DNA of 64,000 nucleotides, taken from a virus (taxonomy: Duplodnaviria; Heunggongvirae; Uroviricota; Caudoviricetes). Below are positions 17,842-28,043 of this stretch, piece after piece; the stretch's first letter is position 1, and the number at the start of each line of letters is the position of its first letter. The stretch lies in IMG/VR virus record IMGVR_UViG_2622736468_000003. One strand, written 5' to 3'. A program made the translations under genes and the position numbers. The notes under the pieces are model-generated. The model was not told the origin of the DNA. It was given only the letters and a program-made list of their open reading frames with translations, and searched no databases.

Positions 17842-18435
17842 ATGGACATTGAAGATTTTCTGGAGGCGGAAGACAATGATCTGTCTCTGTGGAATGATGA
17901 TATTTTAAGCATTGACTGGTTCGTTATCCTCAAAGAGCTTTTGAAATACCAGAACAGGTTAAAGTTAAACTATTCAGAATTACTTCTGCTGGCTAATTTT
18001 GTTTCATTTCACCAGGACGTAGATTCGCAAACATTACCATCAATATCTCTTTTTGCCACCAGAATGCGTGCATCTCGTGCCATTATAGAAGAAGGCTTTC
18101 AACGCCTGGAGGAGAAAGGGATGTTGCAGAAGATAAGTTATGCTCAAATCGGTCATGATTATGATTTGCGGAACGTTTATGACATCAAGCCATTAATTCG
18201 TAAGTTAATTGAGGTGCTGAAAACCGAGTATGATAAAAAGCACACTTGCCCCCTCTGCGGCAAAATAGCTGTCTCTGATGAGGAAATTGAGAAAAAATTC
18301 GGATTCAGAATTTGCGGGAATAAGAAAAGGCCGCAAAGCTGGTGCCGTTCATGCAGAAGCACGAAACAACGCAGACTGAATTCATCGCTAATTGGCAAAA
18401 AAAAGCCCCGAAAATCTCCGCCCGAGGTGGTGTGA
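17842..18435 (+). CDS. hypothetical protein with winged-helix-like N-part and C-terminal CxxC...CxxC zinc ribbon, in the stx/moron slot
   Basis: 197 aa; visibly AT-rich; CPLCGK...CRSCRS. Confidence 0.55.
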   Translation: MDIEDFLEAEDNDLSLWNDDILSIDWFVILKELLKYQNRLKLNYSELLLLANFVSFHQDVDSQTLPSISLFATRMRASRAIIEEGFQRLEEKGMLQKISYAQIGHDYDLRNVYDIKPLIRKLIEVLKTEYDKKHTCPLCGKIAVSDEEIEKKFGFRICGNKKRPQSWCRSCRSTKQRRLNSSLIGKKKPRKSPPEVV

Positions 18436-18548
18436 AGCGTCGCGGAACCCCGGATTCCACTCACGATTGAACGAGGTGCTAAAAAGTATTTTACGTACGT
18501 AAAAATCTGCATATCATGATAAGAGTGGTTACATTGCCACGCTGCTTA

Positions 18549-18572
18549 ACCCGCCGATGCGCGGGTTTTTTT
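18549..18572 (+). terminator. rho-independent terminator (tR'-like position)
   Basis: CCCGCcgatgcGCGGG followed by TTTTTTT. Confidence 0.55.
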
Positions 18573-18752
18573 GTACCCAGAATCCTGTGAGCTATACGGA
18601 AAGTACACAGAAAGGAAGGTACGACCGCAATTAATAACAAAATCTTAAAAATCTCATATGGCACTATTAGTTTTCTAAATATTGTATATTTTAAGTATTG
18701 CAGGATAACCCTGTAACGAAGTTTGCGTAACAGCATTTTGCTCTACGAGTTT

Positions 18753-18782
18753 GCCAGCCTCCCCTGGTGGCTGGCTTTTTTT
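18753..18782 (+). terminator. rho-independent terminator
   Basis: GCCAGCCtcccctggtGGCTGGC followed by TTTTTTT. Confidence 0.6.
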
Positions 18783-19267
18783 GTATCCGTTCAACGGGAA
18801 TGTTACATACCTCACAATTAAGTCAGTTGAATGTTGTCTGCCCGGATGAGAATTTGTTAGAAAAAACTGCATGGTGAATCCCCCTGAGCGGAGGGGCGAC
18901 TGGTGACGGTATAATCTCTGATTATCAAAACGAGAATGACGCGGGTTTAGTGGCACCGGGCTGAACTCACCGGGAGGCACCCGGCACCATGCAATGGCAC
19001 ATAGCGCCACTCTCCAGCCCCTCTCCGGAGGGGCTTTCTTATGGACAAAAAAGCCCGCGCTGGGAGACGCGGGCGGCAAGGAATAAACAATGAAACGTGA
19101 AGTAATATTTCAGCTGGCGAATAATACCCCATAGTAATCACTCTGCGCAACTGCGCGACCTTTTTCGAATTGCGGGCTGTAGTCTCCCTTCTGCCATTGT
19201 CCTGTAACTTCCGGACTTCAGCCCGCTCCTTATTTTACTCACAATATTATCCCGGCCGGGAGGATTC

Positions 19268-20831
19268 ATGGCATTTAAACACTATGATGTTGTCAGGGCG
19301 GCGTCGCCGTCAGACCTTGCGAAACGAATAACTCAAAAACTGAAGGAAGGGTGGCAGCCTTATGGTAGTGCGCTGATTTCGACAGCTGGTTATGGTGCGG
19401 AGTTCATCCAGCCAGTTGTGAGTGAGGGGAGCATCTCATCACCAGAGGAGCCAGGCAACCGTCCGACGACCTCAGCGCCTTCTGTTGCGCCAGAATATTA
19501 CTATGTGATCGCGCTTGCTGGTCAGTCCAATGGTATGTCATACGGTGAGGGACTGCCATTACCGGATACATTCGACAGCCCTGATCCACGTATTAAACAG
19601 TTAGCGCGTCGCAGTACGGTGACACCGGGCGGTGCAGCATGCAAATATAACGACATCATTCCGGCGGACCATTGTCTGCATGATGTGCAGGACATGAGCC
19701 GTCTTAACCATCCGAAAGCGGACCTGTCAAAGGGGCAGTACGGAACCGTGGGGCAGGGGCTGCATATCGCCAAAAAACTGCTGCCGTTTATACCGGCGAA
19801 TGCGGGCATTCTGCTGGTTCCGTGCTGTCGTGGTGGTTCAGCGTTCACCACCGGAGCTGATGGCACATACAGTGACGCGAGTGGCGCCTCGGAGAATTCA
19901 ACCCGCTGGGGTGTGGACAAGCCGCTGTATAAGGACCTTATCGGTCGAACAAAAGCGGCACTGGAGAAGAACCCGAAAAATGTGCTGTTTGCCGTGGTGT
20001 GGATGCAGGGGGAATTTGATTTTGGCGGTACGCCGGCAAATCATGCCGCACAGTTTGGTGCGCTGGTTGATAAATTCCGTGCAGACCTGGCGGATATGGC
20101 AGGCCAGTGCGTCGGTGGCTCTGCTGGCGGTGTTCCCTGGATATGCGGGGACACGACGTATTTCTGGAAGCAGAAGAACGAATCCACGTACCAGACGGTG
20201 TACGGCAGCTATAAAAATAAAACGGAAAAGAATATCCATTTCGTACCGTTCATGACCGATGAGAACGGGGTGAATGTGCCGACGAACAAACCGGAAGAAG
20301 ACCCGGACATTCCGGGTATCGGTTATTACGGTTCGAAATGGCGTGACAGCTCAGCCACCTGGACGTCACAGGACAGGGCGAGCCATTTCAGTTCATGGGC
20401 TCGCCGTGGGATTATTTCCGACCGTCTGGCAACGGCGATTCTGAGCTGCGCGGGTAAGTCTTCTGCGTTTGTTAATGGTACTGCCGGGGTGGTTGTTCCA
20501 GACAGACCGGTTACCACCTCAGAGTCTGTAATTTTTTACGATGCCAAAAAAGCTACAGACAATCAGCTGAAACCCTATGGCTGGGACGGTGTGTATGGCA
20601 GGCGCACACTGGTTGATGACAGCGGCAATAAAGCTCTGCGAATTGAGAAAAATAACAGCGCGAAATCCTGGTCAATGTACTGTGATATTGCTGCAGACAA
20701 GGCAAAACTTTTACTGGAAAAAGGCGGGGAAATTGCTGTCCGGTTTAAAATCCCCGAAAACGTCAATCTTGAGACAACCAGAAACAAGTATGCCTTTGGT
20801 TTGTACTGGCGAATAGCGGAATGGCCGGGTG
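19268..20831 (+). pseudogene. nanS-p: prophage sialate O-acetylesterase (NanS-p-like), 5' part interrupted by IS629
   Basis: GQSNGMSYGEG motif of the SGNH/DUF303 family; reading frame runs into the IS629 terminal repeat. Confidence 0.6.
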
Positions 20832-20885
20832 TGAACCGCCCCGGGAATCCTGGAGACTAAACTTCCTGAGAAAGAGGTAAACAGG

Positions 20886-21212
20886 ATGACTAAAAATACT
20901 CGTTTTTCCCCCGAAGTCCGTCAACGGGCAGTCCGTATGGTTCTGGAAAGTCAGAGCGAATATGACTCACAATGGGCGACAATTTGTTCCATTGCTCCAA
21001 AGATTGGCTGTACGCCGGAGACTCTGCGTGTCTGGGTTCGCCAGCATGAGCGGGATACCGGGGGCGGTGATGGAGGGCTCACCACCGCTGAACGTCAGCG
21101 TCTGAAAGAGCTGGAGCGTGAAAATCGTGAACTGCGCCGCAGTAACGATATCCTTCGCCAGGCTTCCGCTTATTTTGCGAAGGCGGAGTTCGACCGCCTC
21201 TGGAAAAAATGA
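20886..21212 (+). CDS. IS629 OrfA
   Basis: 108-aa HTH/leucine-zipper ORF typical of IS3-family orfA. Confidence 0.8.
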   Translation: MTKNTRFSPEVRQRAVRMVLESQSEYDSQWATICSIAPKIGCTPETLRVWVRQHERDTGGGDGGLTTAERQRLKELERENRELRRSNDILRQASAYFAKAEFDRLWKK

Positions 21213-22099
21213 TGCCACTGCTGGATAAGCTGCGTGAGCAGTACGGGGTCGGACCGCTATGCAGCGAACTGCATATTGCCCCGTCAACGTATTACCACTG
21301 TCAGCAACAGCGACATCATCCGGATAAACGCAGTGCCCGTGCGCAGCGCGATGACTGGCTGAAGAAAGAGATACAGCGCGTATACGATGAAAATCACAAG
21401 GTATACGGTGTGCGTAAAGTCTGGCGTCAGTTGTTACGGGAAGGTATCAGAGTGGCCAGATGCACTGTGGCACGTCTCATGGCGGTTATGGGACTTGCCG
21501 GTGTTCTCCGGGGTAAAAAGGTCCGTACGACCATCAGCCGGAAAGCCGTTGCCGCAGGCGACCGCGTAAACCGTCAGTTCGTGGCAGAACGACCTGACCA
21601 GCTGTGGGTGGCTGATTTTACTTACGTCAGCACATGGCAGGGCTTCGTCTATGTGGCGTTCATCATTGATGTGTTTGCCGGATACATCGTGGGGTGGCGG
21701 GTCTCATCGTCCATGGAAACGACATTCGTGCTGGATGCACTGGAGCAGGCGTTATGGGCCCGTCGACCGTCCGGCACGGTCCATCACAGTGATAAAGGTT
21801 CTCAGTATGTATCGCTGGCCTACACACAGCGGCTTAAGGAAGCCGGATTACTGGCATCAACAGGAAGTACAGGCGACTCGTATGACAACGCGATGGCGGA
21901 GAGCATCAATGGTCTTTACAAAGCGGAGGTAATACACCGTAAGAGCTGGAAAAACCGGACAGAAGTGGAGCTGGCCACACTCACGTGGGTGGACTGGTAT
22001 AACAATCGACGATTGCTGGAAAGGCTGGGCCATACTCCTCCGGCAGAAGCAGAAAAAGCTTATTATGCTTCCATCGGAAACGATGATCTGGCAGCCTGA
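21209..22099 (+). CDS. IS629 OrfB (DDE transposase)
   Basis: 296 aa; overlaps orfA as in IS3-family elements. Confidence 0.8.
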   Translation: MMPLLDKLREQYGVGPLCSELHIAPSTYYHCQQQRHHPDKRSARAQRDDWLKKEIQRVYDENHKVYGVRKVWRQLLREGIRVARCTVARLMAVMGLAGVLRGKKVRTTISRKAVAAGDRVNRQFVAERPDQLWVADFTYVSTWQGFVYVAFIIDVFAGYIVGWRVSSSMETTFVLDALEQALWARRPSGTVHHSDKGSQYVSLAYTQRLKEAGLLASTGSTGDSYDNAMAESINGLYKAEVIHRKSWKNRTEVELATLTWVDWYNNRRLLERLGHTPPAEAEKAYYASIGNDDLAA

Positions 22100-22141
22100 G
22101 TTCACAGATAAAACACTCTCCAGGAAACCCGGGGCGGTTCA

Positions 22142-22492
22142 GGTGAGGGTGGTGAAGGCCATCTGAGTTCTTTCTTTGTCCAGACAGATAAAGCCAGTAT
22201 TAATGTTGCATACCATCATACAGTTAATCAACAAAAAGAACTTGGCACGTTTGGCGCATTCGACCATGACTGGCATACGCTTGCATTTAAATTTAAGGGC
22301 AGTAACAGCATTAATGTTACTCCGGTGCTCGATGGTGTGGATGGACAGGCGTTTGACCTGGTGAAATGGGCCAATACTGCTAATGGACTCAACAGGTTTG
22401 TCATTACGGATATTACAGGTAGTGCAGAAACCTACCCTGTACTTATTGATACGGTGGAAGTTAAAGCAAACAAAGCTGGAGCAGCCGCATAA
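22142..22492 (+). pseudogene. nanS-p: NanS-p-like esterase, 3' part
   Basis: in frame with 19268..20831 once IS629 and one GGTG copy are removed (~636-aa reconstructed ORF). Confidence 0.55.
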
Positions 22493-22630
22493 TTGCTAAA
22501 AAAAGCCGCCAGCGGCAGGAATGGAAGCTGGCGGAGGTAATCCCAATGGAGAATGTAAAGAAAAGATGCTTTCGTACATTGGTTTTTAAATGAAAACAAT
22601 TCTCATTGTCAACCATAACGGTAAGAAATT

Positions 22631-22813
22631 ATGACATTTATTCATCAGGTGATGCTGTACTTCTGTACGGCGGTCTGTGTGCTGTATCTTCTTTCGGGTG
22701 GGTACAGGGCTGTGCGCGATTTCTGGTGCAGGCAGATTGATAAAAGGGCCGCTGAGAAAATCAGCGCCAGTCAGTCAGCCGGAAGCAAGCCCGAAGAACC
22801 CGTTACTCCTTAA
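22631..22813 (+). CDS. hypothetical small membrane protein
   Basis: 60-aa ORF with hydrophobic N-terminus. Confidence 0.4.
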   Translation: MTFIHQVMLYFCTAVCVLYLLSGGYRAVRDFWCRQIDKRAAEKISASQSAGSKPEEPVTP

Positions 22814-22838
22814 CAACCCCTTTCAGCGAGAAAATCCC

Positions 22839-23084
22839 ATGTCAGAAATCACATCCCTGGTCACTGCTGAGGCAGTGAAGGAAGTCCTGCGCTCTGAAGA
22901 AGTCCGGAGCGCACTGAAACAGAAACTCCGCCAGAACCTTGAGTCGCGTCTTGATGCAGAAGTGGATGCCATTCTGGATGAGCTGCTGGGCGTACCAGCG
23001 GTTCCTGAGCCGGAAGGTATCGCGGGTGACGGGAGTGCTTCAGATGGCGGTGAACCTACACCTGACAGCGACATGATGATGTAA
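22839..23084 (+). CDS. hypothetical acidic protein
   Basis: internal ATG of track ORF 22677..23084. Confidence 0.4.
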   Translation: MSEITSLVTAEAVKEVLRSEEVRSALKQKLRQNLESRLDAEVDAILDELLGVPAVPEPEGIAGDGSASDGGEPTPDSDMMM

Positions 23085-23160
23085 GCATGCGCAAGGGACC
23101 ATCGGTGTGTGCCGGTGGTCTTTATATTGTTGTGAGCTTCCGGATTGCGGGAGACGGGGT

Positions 23161-23376
23161 ATGTACCAGATGGAAAAAATCACAACAGGTGTGTCATACA
23201 CCACGTCAGCGGTGGGAACGGGCTACTGGTTCCTGCAGTTGCTGGACAGGGTTTCCCCGTCTCAGTGGGCGGCAATAGGCGTGCTGGGGAGTCTGCTGTT
23301 TGGGCTGCTGACGTACCTGACTAACCTGTATTTCAAAATCAAAGAGGACCGGCGTAAGGCGGCGCGGGGAGAGTAA
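23161..23376 (+). CDS. S: holin, phage-21 S-type (pinholin-like), dual start
   Basis: [71 protein letters not shown]. Confidence 0.75.
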   Translation: MYQMEKITTGVSYTTSAVGTGYWFLQLLDRVSPSQWAAIGVLGSLLFGLLTYLTNLYFKIKEDRRKAARGE

Positions 23377-23380
23377 GCTG

Positions 23381-23914
23381 ATGAGCAGGAAATTCCGCTA
23401 TGGTTTATCAGCGGTCGTTCTGGCGCTGATTGCTGCGGGCGCTTCTGCGCCTGAAATCCTCGACCAGTTTCTTGACGAAAAAGAAGGTAACCACACCACG
23501 GCATACCGTGATGGTGCGGGTATCTGGACTATCTGCCGCGGTGCCATCCTGGTGGATGGCAAACCTGTCGTTCCGGGCATGAAGTTGTCGAAGGAAAAAT
23601 GCGACCGGGTTAACGCCATTGAGCGTGATAAGGCGCTGGCATGGGTGGAGAAAAACATCAGAGTGCCACTGACCGAACCGCAGAAAGCGGGCATCGCGTC
23701 ATTCTGTCCGTACAACATCGGGCCTTCGAAATGCTTCACCTCAACGTTTTACCGGAAACTGAACGCAGGAGACCGGAAAGGTGCATGTGCTGAAATCCGC
23801 CGATGGATATATGACGGCGGCAGGGACTGTCGGAACCGCTCAAATAACTGTTACGGGCAGGTATCGCGGCGTGACCAGGAGAGCGCGCTGGCGTGCTGGA
23901 GTATCGACAGATAA
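23381..23914 (+). CDS. R: SAR endolysin (T4-lysozyme-like)
   Basis: N-terminal signal-anchor-release segment, EG...D...T catalytic pattern, RRWIYDGG. Confidence 0.75.
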   Translation: MSRKFRYGLSAVVLALIAAGASAPEILDQFLDEKEGNHTTAYRDGAGIWTICRGAILVDGKPVVPGMKLSKEKCDRVNAIERDKALAWVEKNIRVPLTEPQKAGIASFCPYNIGPSKCFTSTFYRKLNAGDRKGACAEIRRWIYDGGRDCRNRSNNCYGQVSRRDQESALACWSIDR

Positions 23915-24008
23915 GCAGAATATTCTGCTGAAAAATGCCGTTGACCAACGCGAACGGATAACACGAAATCCTGCGAACTGGCAAAATTTAAGTGAGTAAA
24001 AGTAAAAA

Positions 24009-24045
24009 CCCCGTTTGTTGGCAGCAAGCGGGGTTTTGTGTTTCT
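24009..24045 (+). terminator. rho-independent terminator after the endolysin gene
   Basis: CCCCG...CGGGG hairpin followed by TTTTGTGTTT. Confidence 0.45.
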
Positions 24046-24134
24046 GACCTTGAATAAGGCAAGGGAGAAATTATGGGTAGGGAGGTTCTTTCCCTGTGAG
24101 GAAGTATAAAAGATTCTTTCTGAGGTTGTCCATT

Positions 24135-24248
24135 ATGAAAGGCATTGAGGTGGAGACGCCAGCAAGTCTGGATTTAACAAGAGCGGCAGCTTTTGCCATT
24201 CGTATTGTGGCAATTGCTGTTCTGGTCTGGGCAATCCGTTGGTGGTGA
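24135..24248 (+). CDS. putative 37-aa membrane peptide upstream of Rz
   Basis: stop 1 nt before Rz ATG; hydrophobic AAAFAIRIVAIAVLVWAIRWW; below track cut-off. Confidence 0.3.
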   Translation: MKGIEVETPASLDLTRAAAFAIRIVAIAVLVWAIRWW

Positions 24249-24249
24249 T

Positions 24250-24708
24250 ATGAATCGTGTGCTGTATGGCGTGCTTATTGTCCTGCTGCTTGGTTGTGGA
24301 TCGCTGTGGCTGGCAACAGACCATTACCGTGATAACGCCATCACCTACAAAGAGCAGCGAGATGATGCGAAGACAAAACTCAGCCAGGCGAACGCCACCA
24401 TTGCTGACATACAGCAGCGCCAGCGTGATGTTGCTGCACTCGATGCCAGATACACCAGGGAGCTTGCTGATGCTAACGCGACTATTGAAAGTCTCCGTGC
24501 TGATGTTTCTGCTGGGCGTAAGCGCCTGCAAGTCGCCGCCACCTGTGCAAAGTCAACGACCGGAGCCAGCGGCATGGGCGATGGAGAAAGCTCAGGACTT
24601 ACAGCAGATGCTGAACTCAATTATTACCGTCTCCGAAGTGGAATCGACAAGATAACCGCGCAGGTTAACTACCTGCAGGAGTACATCAGGATGCAATGCC
24701 TCGATTAA
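24250..24708 (+). CDS. Rz: Rz (i-spanin)
   Basis: N-terminal TM segment, coiled-coil; position after endolysin. Confidence 0.7.
   Translation: MNRVLYGVLIVLLLGCGSLWLATDHYRDNAITYKEQRDDAKTKLSQANATIADIQQRQRDVAALDARYTRELADANATIESLRADVSAGRKRLQVAATCAKSTTGASGMGDGESSGLTADAELNYYRLRSGIDKITAQVNYLQEYIRMQCLD
24503..24655 (+). CDS. Rz1: Rz1 (o-spanin lipoprotein) embedded in Rz in the +1 frame
   Basis: lipobox LLGVSAC followed by proline-rich KSPPPVQSQRPEP. Confidence 0.65.
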   Translation: MFLLGVSACKSPPPVQSQRPEPAAWAMEKAQDLQQMLNSIITVSEVESTR

Positions 24709-24788
24709 CAGAGCCAGCTCAATCGCTGGCCTTTTTTATGAGGAGAGATATAACCTGAATCAATGCCAGTGCATTATCAACAAATGGA

Positions 24789-25370
24789 TCACTGGGTAAG
24801 CTCGTTTGGTTTTAAATGTCCGTCGAGAATCAGATTGTGATTTTCCCGATGCAGAACCAGTGTGCCCATATAATCAGGTTTAAATCTCCATCCATTCATT
24901 TTTTTTGCAATTCTGGACAGACAGTGATTATGTGTGAAAATCACAGTAACATGATCTGATTTTGATATTTTAAGGATATTATTTACTGCGTTATCATCAC
25001 ATGTCGATATGTCCGGAATAGTTGCTGTCTTACCTCCCGAAAAAAAAGTGGCTGTCTGCATTGTTCGGAGTGTGTCTGTAGAATAGAGACTGTAGTATGG
25101 AAACATTCTTCTGAATTTATCTCCATATTGTTGAGCTTTGTTAGCTCCGTTTACTGTGATTCCCTCATGTGCTGAAAGACATATTCTTTGGGAGCGATCG
25201 CATCTTTCCCCATGCCGGATGAGAAAAATAATGGGATGTTTCTGGTTAATCTCAGTGACATCGTTCACATCAAGTCTGACTGGAGTTCTTACAATGTATA
25301 TGATAGATACAGAAACGATTATGACAAGTAAAAATATAAGAAGAGATTTTGTTAGCGTTTGATTTAACAT
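24789..25370 (-). CDS. Ais/PmrG-like histidine phosphatase (lipopolysaccharide core heptose(II)-phosphate phosphatase family)
   Basis: motifs LIRHGERCDRS, LYSTDTLRTMQTATFFSGGK, VIFTHNHCL, FKPDY matching recalled E. coli Ais; start taken at the internal ATG with AAGGGA RBS; AT-rich. Confidence 0.7.
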   Translation of the reverse strand: MLNQTLTKSLLIFLLVIIVSVSIIYIVRTPVRLDVNDVTEINQKHPIIFLIRHGERCDRSQRICLSAHEGITVNGANKAQQYGDKFRRMFPYYSLYSTDTLRTMQTATFFSGGKTATIPDISTCDDNAVNNILKISKSDHVTVIFTHNHCLSRIAKKMNGWRFKPDYMGTLVLHRENHNLILDGHLKPNELTQ

Positions 25371-25424
25371 ATAAATTCCCTTGTCTGTGTTGAAAATGGG
25401 CATTATTATGCGTAAATCTTATGT

Positions 25425-25438
25425 AATCCTTAAGGATT
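25425..25438. promoter_or_regulatory. 14-bp perfect palindrome AATCCTTAAGGATT upstream of the Ais-like gene
   Basis: contains CTTAAG, the PmrA/BasR half-site-like hexamer, with CATAAG 5 bp further on and CATAAT just beyond. Confidence 0.3.
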
Positions 25439-25973
25439 GTCTGACGTGGTGATATGACGCGAAATACAGTGGGTACACAGAATGCTGTGAACAACGACGA
25501 AATGGGCACTGGTAGCGGTACTGGTGCTTTTTTTTATTGGTTGGTTGCTCAAGTCTTGATAAAGCGCGTTAGCTTTTTGGTATTGCCTCTTAGGTCTGTA
25601 AAATTGCCGACGGTGTCCGGCAGTGCATGCAGGGCTGATCGTCTATGAGAACAGAATATATTGCTAAAAATGAAGTGTACGTCAATGCTTATAAAGCATG
25701 CAATTCTGTATTTCTAACTATTCAATAAAATAAATTCTTTCTGTCGCAGTGAATATACAAATGTTGATCAGCGCTCGATGTGGCGACGGGTTTCTATATC
25801 AGGAGACTTTGGCATTTATCCGCGAGGCAGCCTATCTGGTGCTGTAGTGGAATGAAGCGGATATAACCTAAATAAGGTTAAACATTAATCAGACATGGCT
25901 CTGCTGTGTGAAATCTGAAAATTTACAGCAGTCATTGTGCATCAGTTTTTAACAGAGAACGTCAGAAGGTGAC

Positions 25974-26070
25974 ATGGCAAAGCTGGACTGGAAAAAGCTG
26001 GAGCAGGCATTTCGACGCGAACATGTCAAAACCGGCATAAAGCTTCAGGACTGGTGCCGTCAGAACAATA
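25974..26070 (+). pseudogene. terminase small subunit, N-terminal 32 codons only
   Basis: MAKLDWKKLEQAFRREHVKTGIKLQDWCRQNN then IS66 terminal repeat. Confidence 0.5.
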
Positions 26071-26107
26071 GTAAGCGTGCAGCAAGAACCGTATTGACGG
26101 GGATGTG

Positions 26108-27646
26108 TTATTCAGTCGGCAGTGCTACGCGCCAGGGGAGCAGTTCGCCGACCCGGTTTATCGGCCAGTCGGCTATGACGTCAAGGACATAGCGGAGGTA
26201 GCTTTCTGGCTCCACTCCGTTCAGTTTGCACGTCCCGATCAGGCTGTACAGCAGCGCTCCCCGCTCTCCTCCATGATCCGAACCGAAGAACAGGTAGTTT
26301 TTGCGGCCCAGACTGACCATCCGCAACGCATTTTCAGCGATGTTATTGTCCGCCTCAGCCCAGCCATCATCTGCATAGTACGTCAGCGCCGGCCACTGGT
26401 TCAGGGCGTATGCGAACGCTTTCGCCAGTTCTGAGTGTCGCGACAGGGTTTTCATCTTTTCACGCAGCCAGCTTTCCAGGGATTTCAGCAGCGGTTTCGT
26501 TTTCAACTGACGTTCGGCAAGGCGCTGTTCCGCCGTCATTCCCCTTATCTCTGCCTCGATGGCGTACAGTTCGCCGATCCGTTTCAGCGCTTCCTCCGTC
26601 AGGGCTGACGGGGTGCGAACGTGCACATCGTGGATTTTACGGCGGGCGTGAGCCCAACAGGCGGCTTCCGTTATCCGGCCATCCCGGTACAGCTCGTTGA
26701 ACCCGGCGTATGCATCCGCCTGCAGTACACCACTGAACCCCGCAAGATGGGTCTGCGGATGGATGCCTTTTCTGTCCGGGCTGTAAGCGAACCACACCGC
26801 CGGCGCCAGCGTTGACCCGGCGTTACGGTCGTCACGAACATACGCCCACAACCGCCCGGTCTTCGTTTTCTTATTGCCTGGCAACAGCACCGGGACAGGC
26901 GTGTCATCAACATGGAGCTTACCGTCAGTCAGCACATAGCCATGAAGCGCCTCTTCCAGCGGAGACAGCAGCCGGCAGCATGCATCCACCCAGCCCGACA
27001 GCAGTGAACGGCTCAGCTCCACACCTTGCCGGCCGTATATTTCTGACTGGCGATACAGCGGGGTGTGCTCTGCATACTTCGAGGTCAGCACGCGGGCCAG
27101 CAGCCCCGGTCCGGCGATACCCCGCTCGATGGGCCGCGAAGGTGCAGGTGCCTGCACGATGGCATCGCACTGAGTACAGGCATGTTTTTCCCGTACCGTC
27201 CGGATAACCCGGAAGGCGCTACGCATCAACTCCAGCTGTTCGGCGGTATCCTCGCCCAGATAACTCAGTGAACCGCCGCAGTTCGGGCAGCACGGCGCCG
27301 CAGGCAACAGTCGCTTTTCGTCACGGGGTAGTGATTCAGGGAACGGCTTACGGGTGCGGGTCTGACGCAACGGACGCTGTACTGCCGGGTCATACACCCT
27401 ACCAGTCAGCGTATCGCTCTCTTTCTGAAGCCGGTTCAGATCGGCTTCCATTTGTGCGATACGGCGGGAGACTTTTTCGGAACGACTGCCGAAGTTCATC
27501 CGGCGGAGTTTATCCAGCTGCGCCTGCAGATGGTCTATTTCGCGCTCCCGGTTGCTCAGCTTTTCCTGCAGGGCGTGGATCAGCGCTTCCTGTTCGGCCA
27601 GGCGCTGTTTCAGCAGGAAGATGTCGTCAGAAGAGATGTCGTTCAT
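26108..27646 (-). CDS. IS66 transposase TnpC (intact, 512 aa)
   Basis: single ORF spanning both frames of the copy-1 fragments. Confidence 0.8.
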   Translation of the reverse strand: MNDISSDDIFLLKQRLAEQEALIHALQEKLSNREREIDHLQAQLDKLRRMNFGSRSEKVSRRIAQMEADLNRLQKESDTLTGRVYDPAVQRPLRQTRTRKPFPESLPRDEKRLLPAAPCCPNCGGSLSYLGEDTAEQLELMRSAFRVIRTVREKHACTQCDAIVQAPAPSRPIERGIAGPGLLARVLTSKYAEHTPLYRQSEIYGRQGVELSRSLLSGWVDACCRLLSPLEEALHGYVLTDGKLHVDDTPVPVLLPGNKKTKTGRLWAYVRDDRNAGSTLAPAVWFAYSPDRKGIHPQTHLAGFSGVLQADAYAGFNELYRDGRITEAACWAHARRKIHDVHVRTPSALTEEALKRIGELYAIEAEIRGMTAEQRLAERQLKTKPLLKSLESWLREKMKTLSRHSELAKAFAYALNQWPALTYYADDGWAEADNNIAENALRMVSLGRKNYLFFGSDHGGERGALLYSLIGTCKLNGVEPESYLRYVLDVIADWPINRVGELLPWRVALPTE

Positions 27647-27695
27647 AAGCCCGTATTTTACCGGGCTTATTCTGTGACAACCAGGATAAAGAGAT

Positions 27696-28043
27696 TTACA
27701 GCATGGTCAGGGAGGTCAGCAGCCGCTTAGGCTGTCGCCAGTCGATACCTTCCAGCAGCATCGCCAGCTGCGCCTGTGTAAGGAACACTTTGCCATCACG
27801 GGCTGACGGCCAGGCGAAGCGCCCACGCTCCAGCCGTTTGGTCAGGAGGCACAGTCCGTCACCGGTGGACCACAGCAGTTTAACCTGACTGCCGCTGCGG
27901 CCCCGGAAAATGAAAACATGGCCGGACATGGGATCGTCTTTCAGCGCCGTCTGTACTTTCGCAGCCAGGCCGTTGAAGCCATTTCTCATATCGGTGATAC
28001 CGGCAACCAGCCAAATTTTGGTCCCGGAAGGTAACGGGATCAT
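27696..28043 (-). CDS. IS66 Orf2 (TnpB-like)
   Basis: identical to 3545..3892. Confidence 0.8.
   Translation of the reverse strand: MIPLPSGTKIWLVAGITDMRNGFNGLAAKVQTALKDDPMSGHVFIFRGRSGSQVKLLWSTGDGLCLLTKRLERGRFAWPSARDGKVFLTQAQLAMLLEGIDWRQPKRLLTSLTML

Larger units (their letters stand above)
20832..22141 (+). mobile_element. IS629 (IS3 family), 1310 bp
   Basis: perfect terminal inverted repeats TGAACCGCCCCGGG; orfA/orfB with overlap; flanked by 4-bp direct repeat GGTG. Confidence 0.85.

Noticed and set aside
18675-19079. 134-aa minus-strand ORF in the Q-nanS intergenic region
   Set aside because: Pro/Arg-rich low-complexity translation overlapping terminator hairpins; typical GC-rich spurious frame
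17711-19267. Searched for stx genes and tRNA genes downstream of Q
   Set aside because: No ORF resembling Shiga toxin A or B subunit and no tRNA-like acceptor/T-arm sequence seen; only a novel ORF and terminators
25454-25648. 64-aa plus-strand ORF between the Ais-like gene and terS
   Set aside because: No RBS and low-complexity translation; region more plausibly promoter or packaging-site DNA
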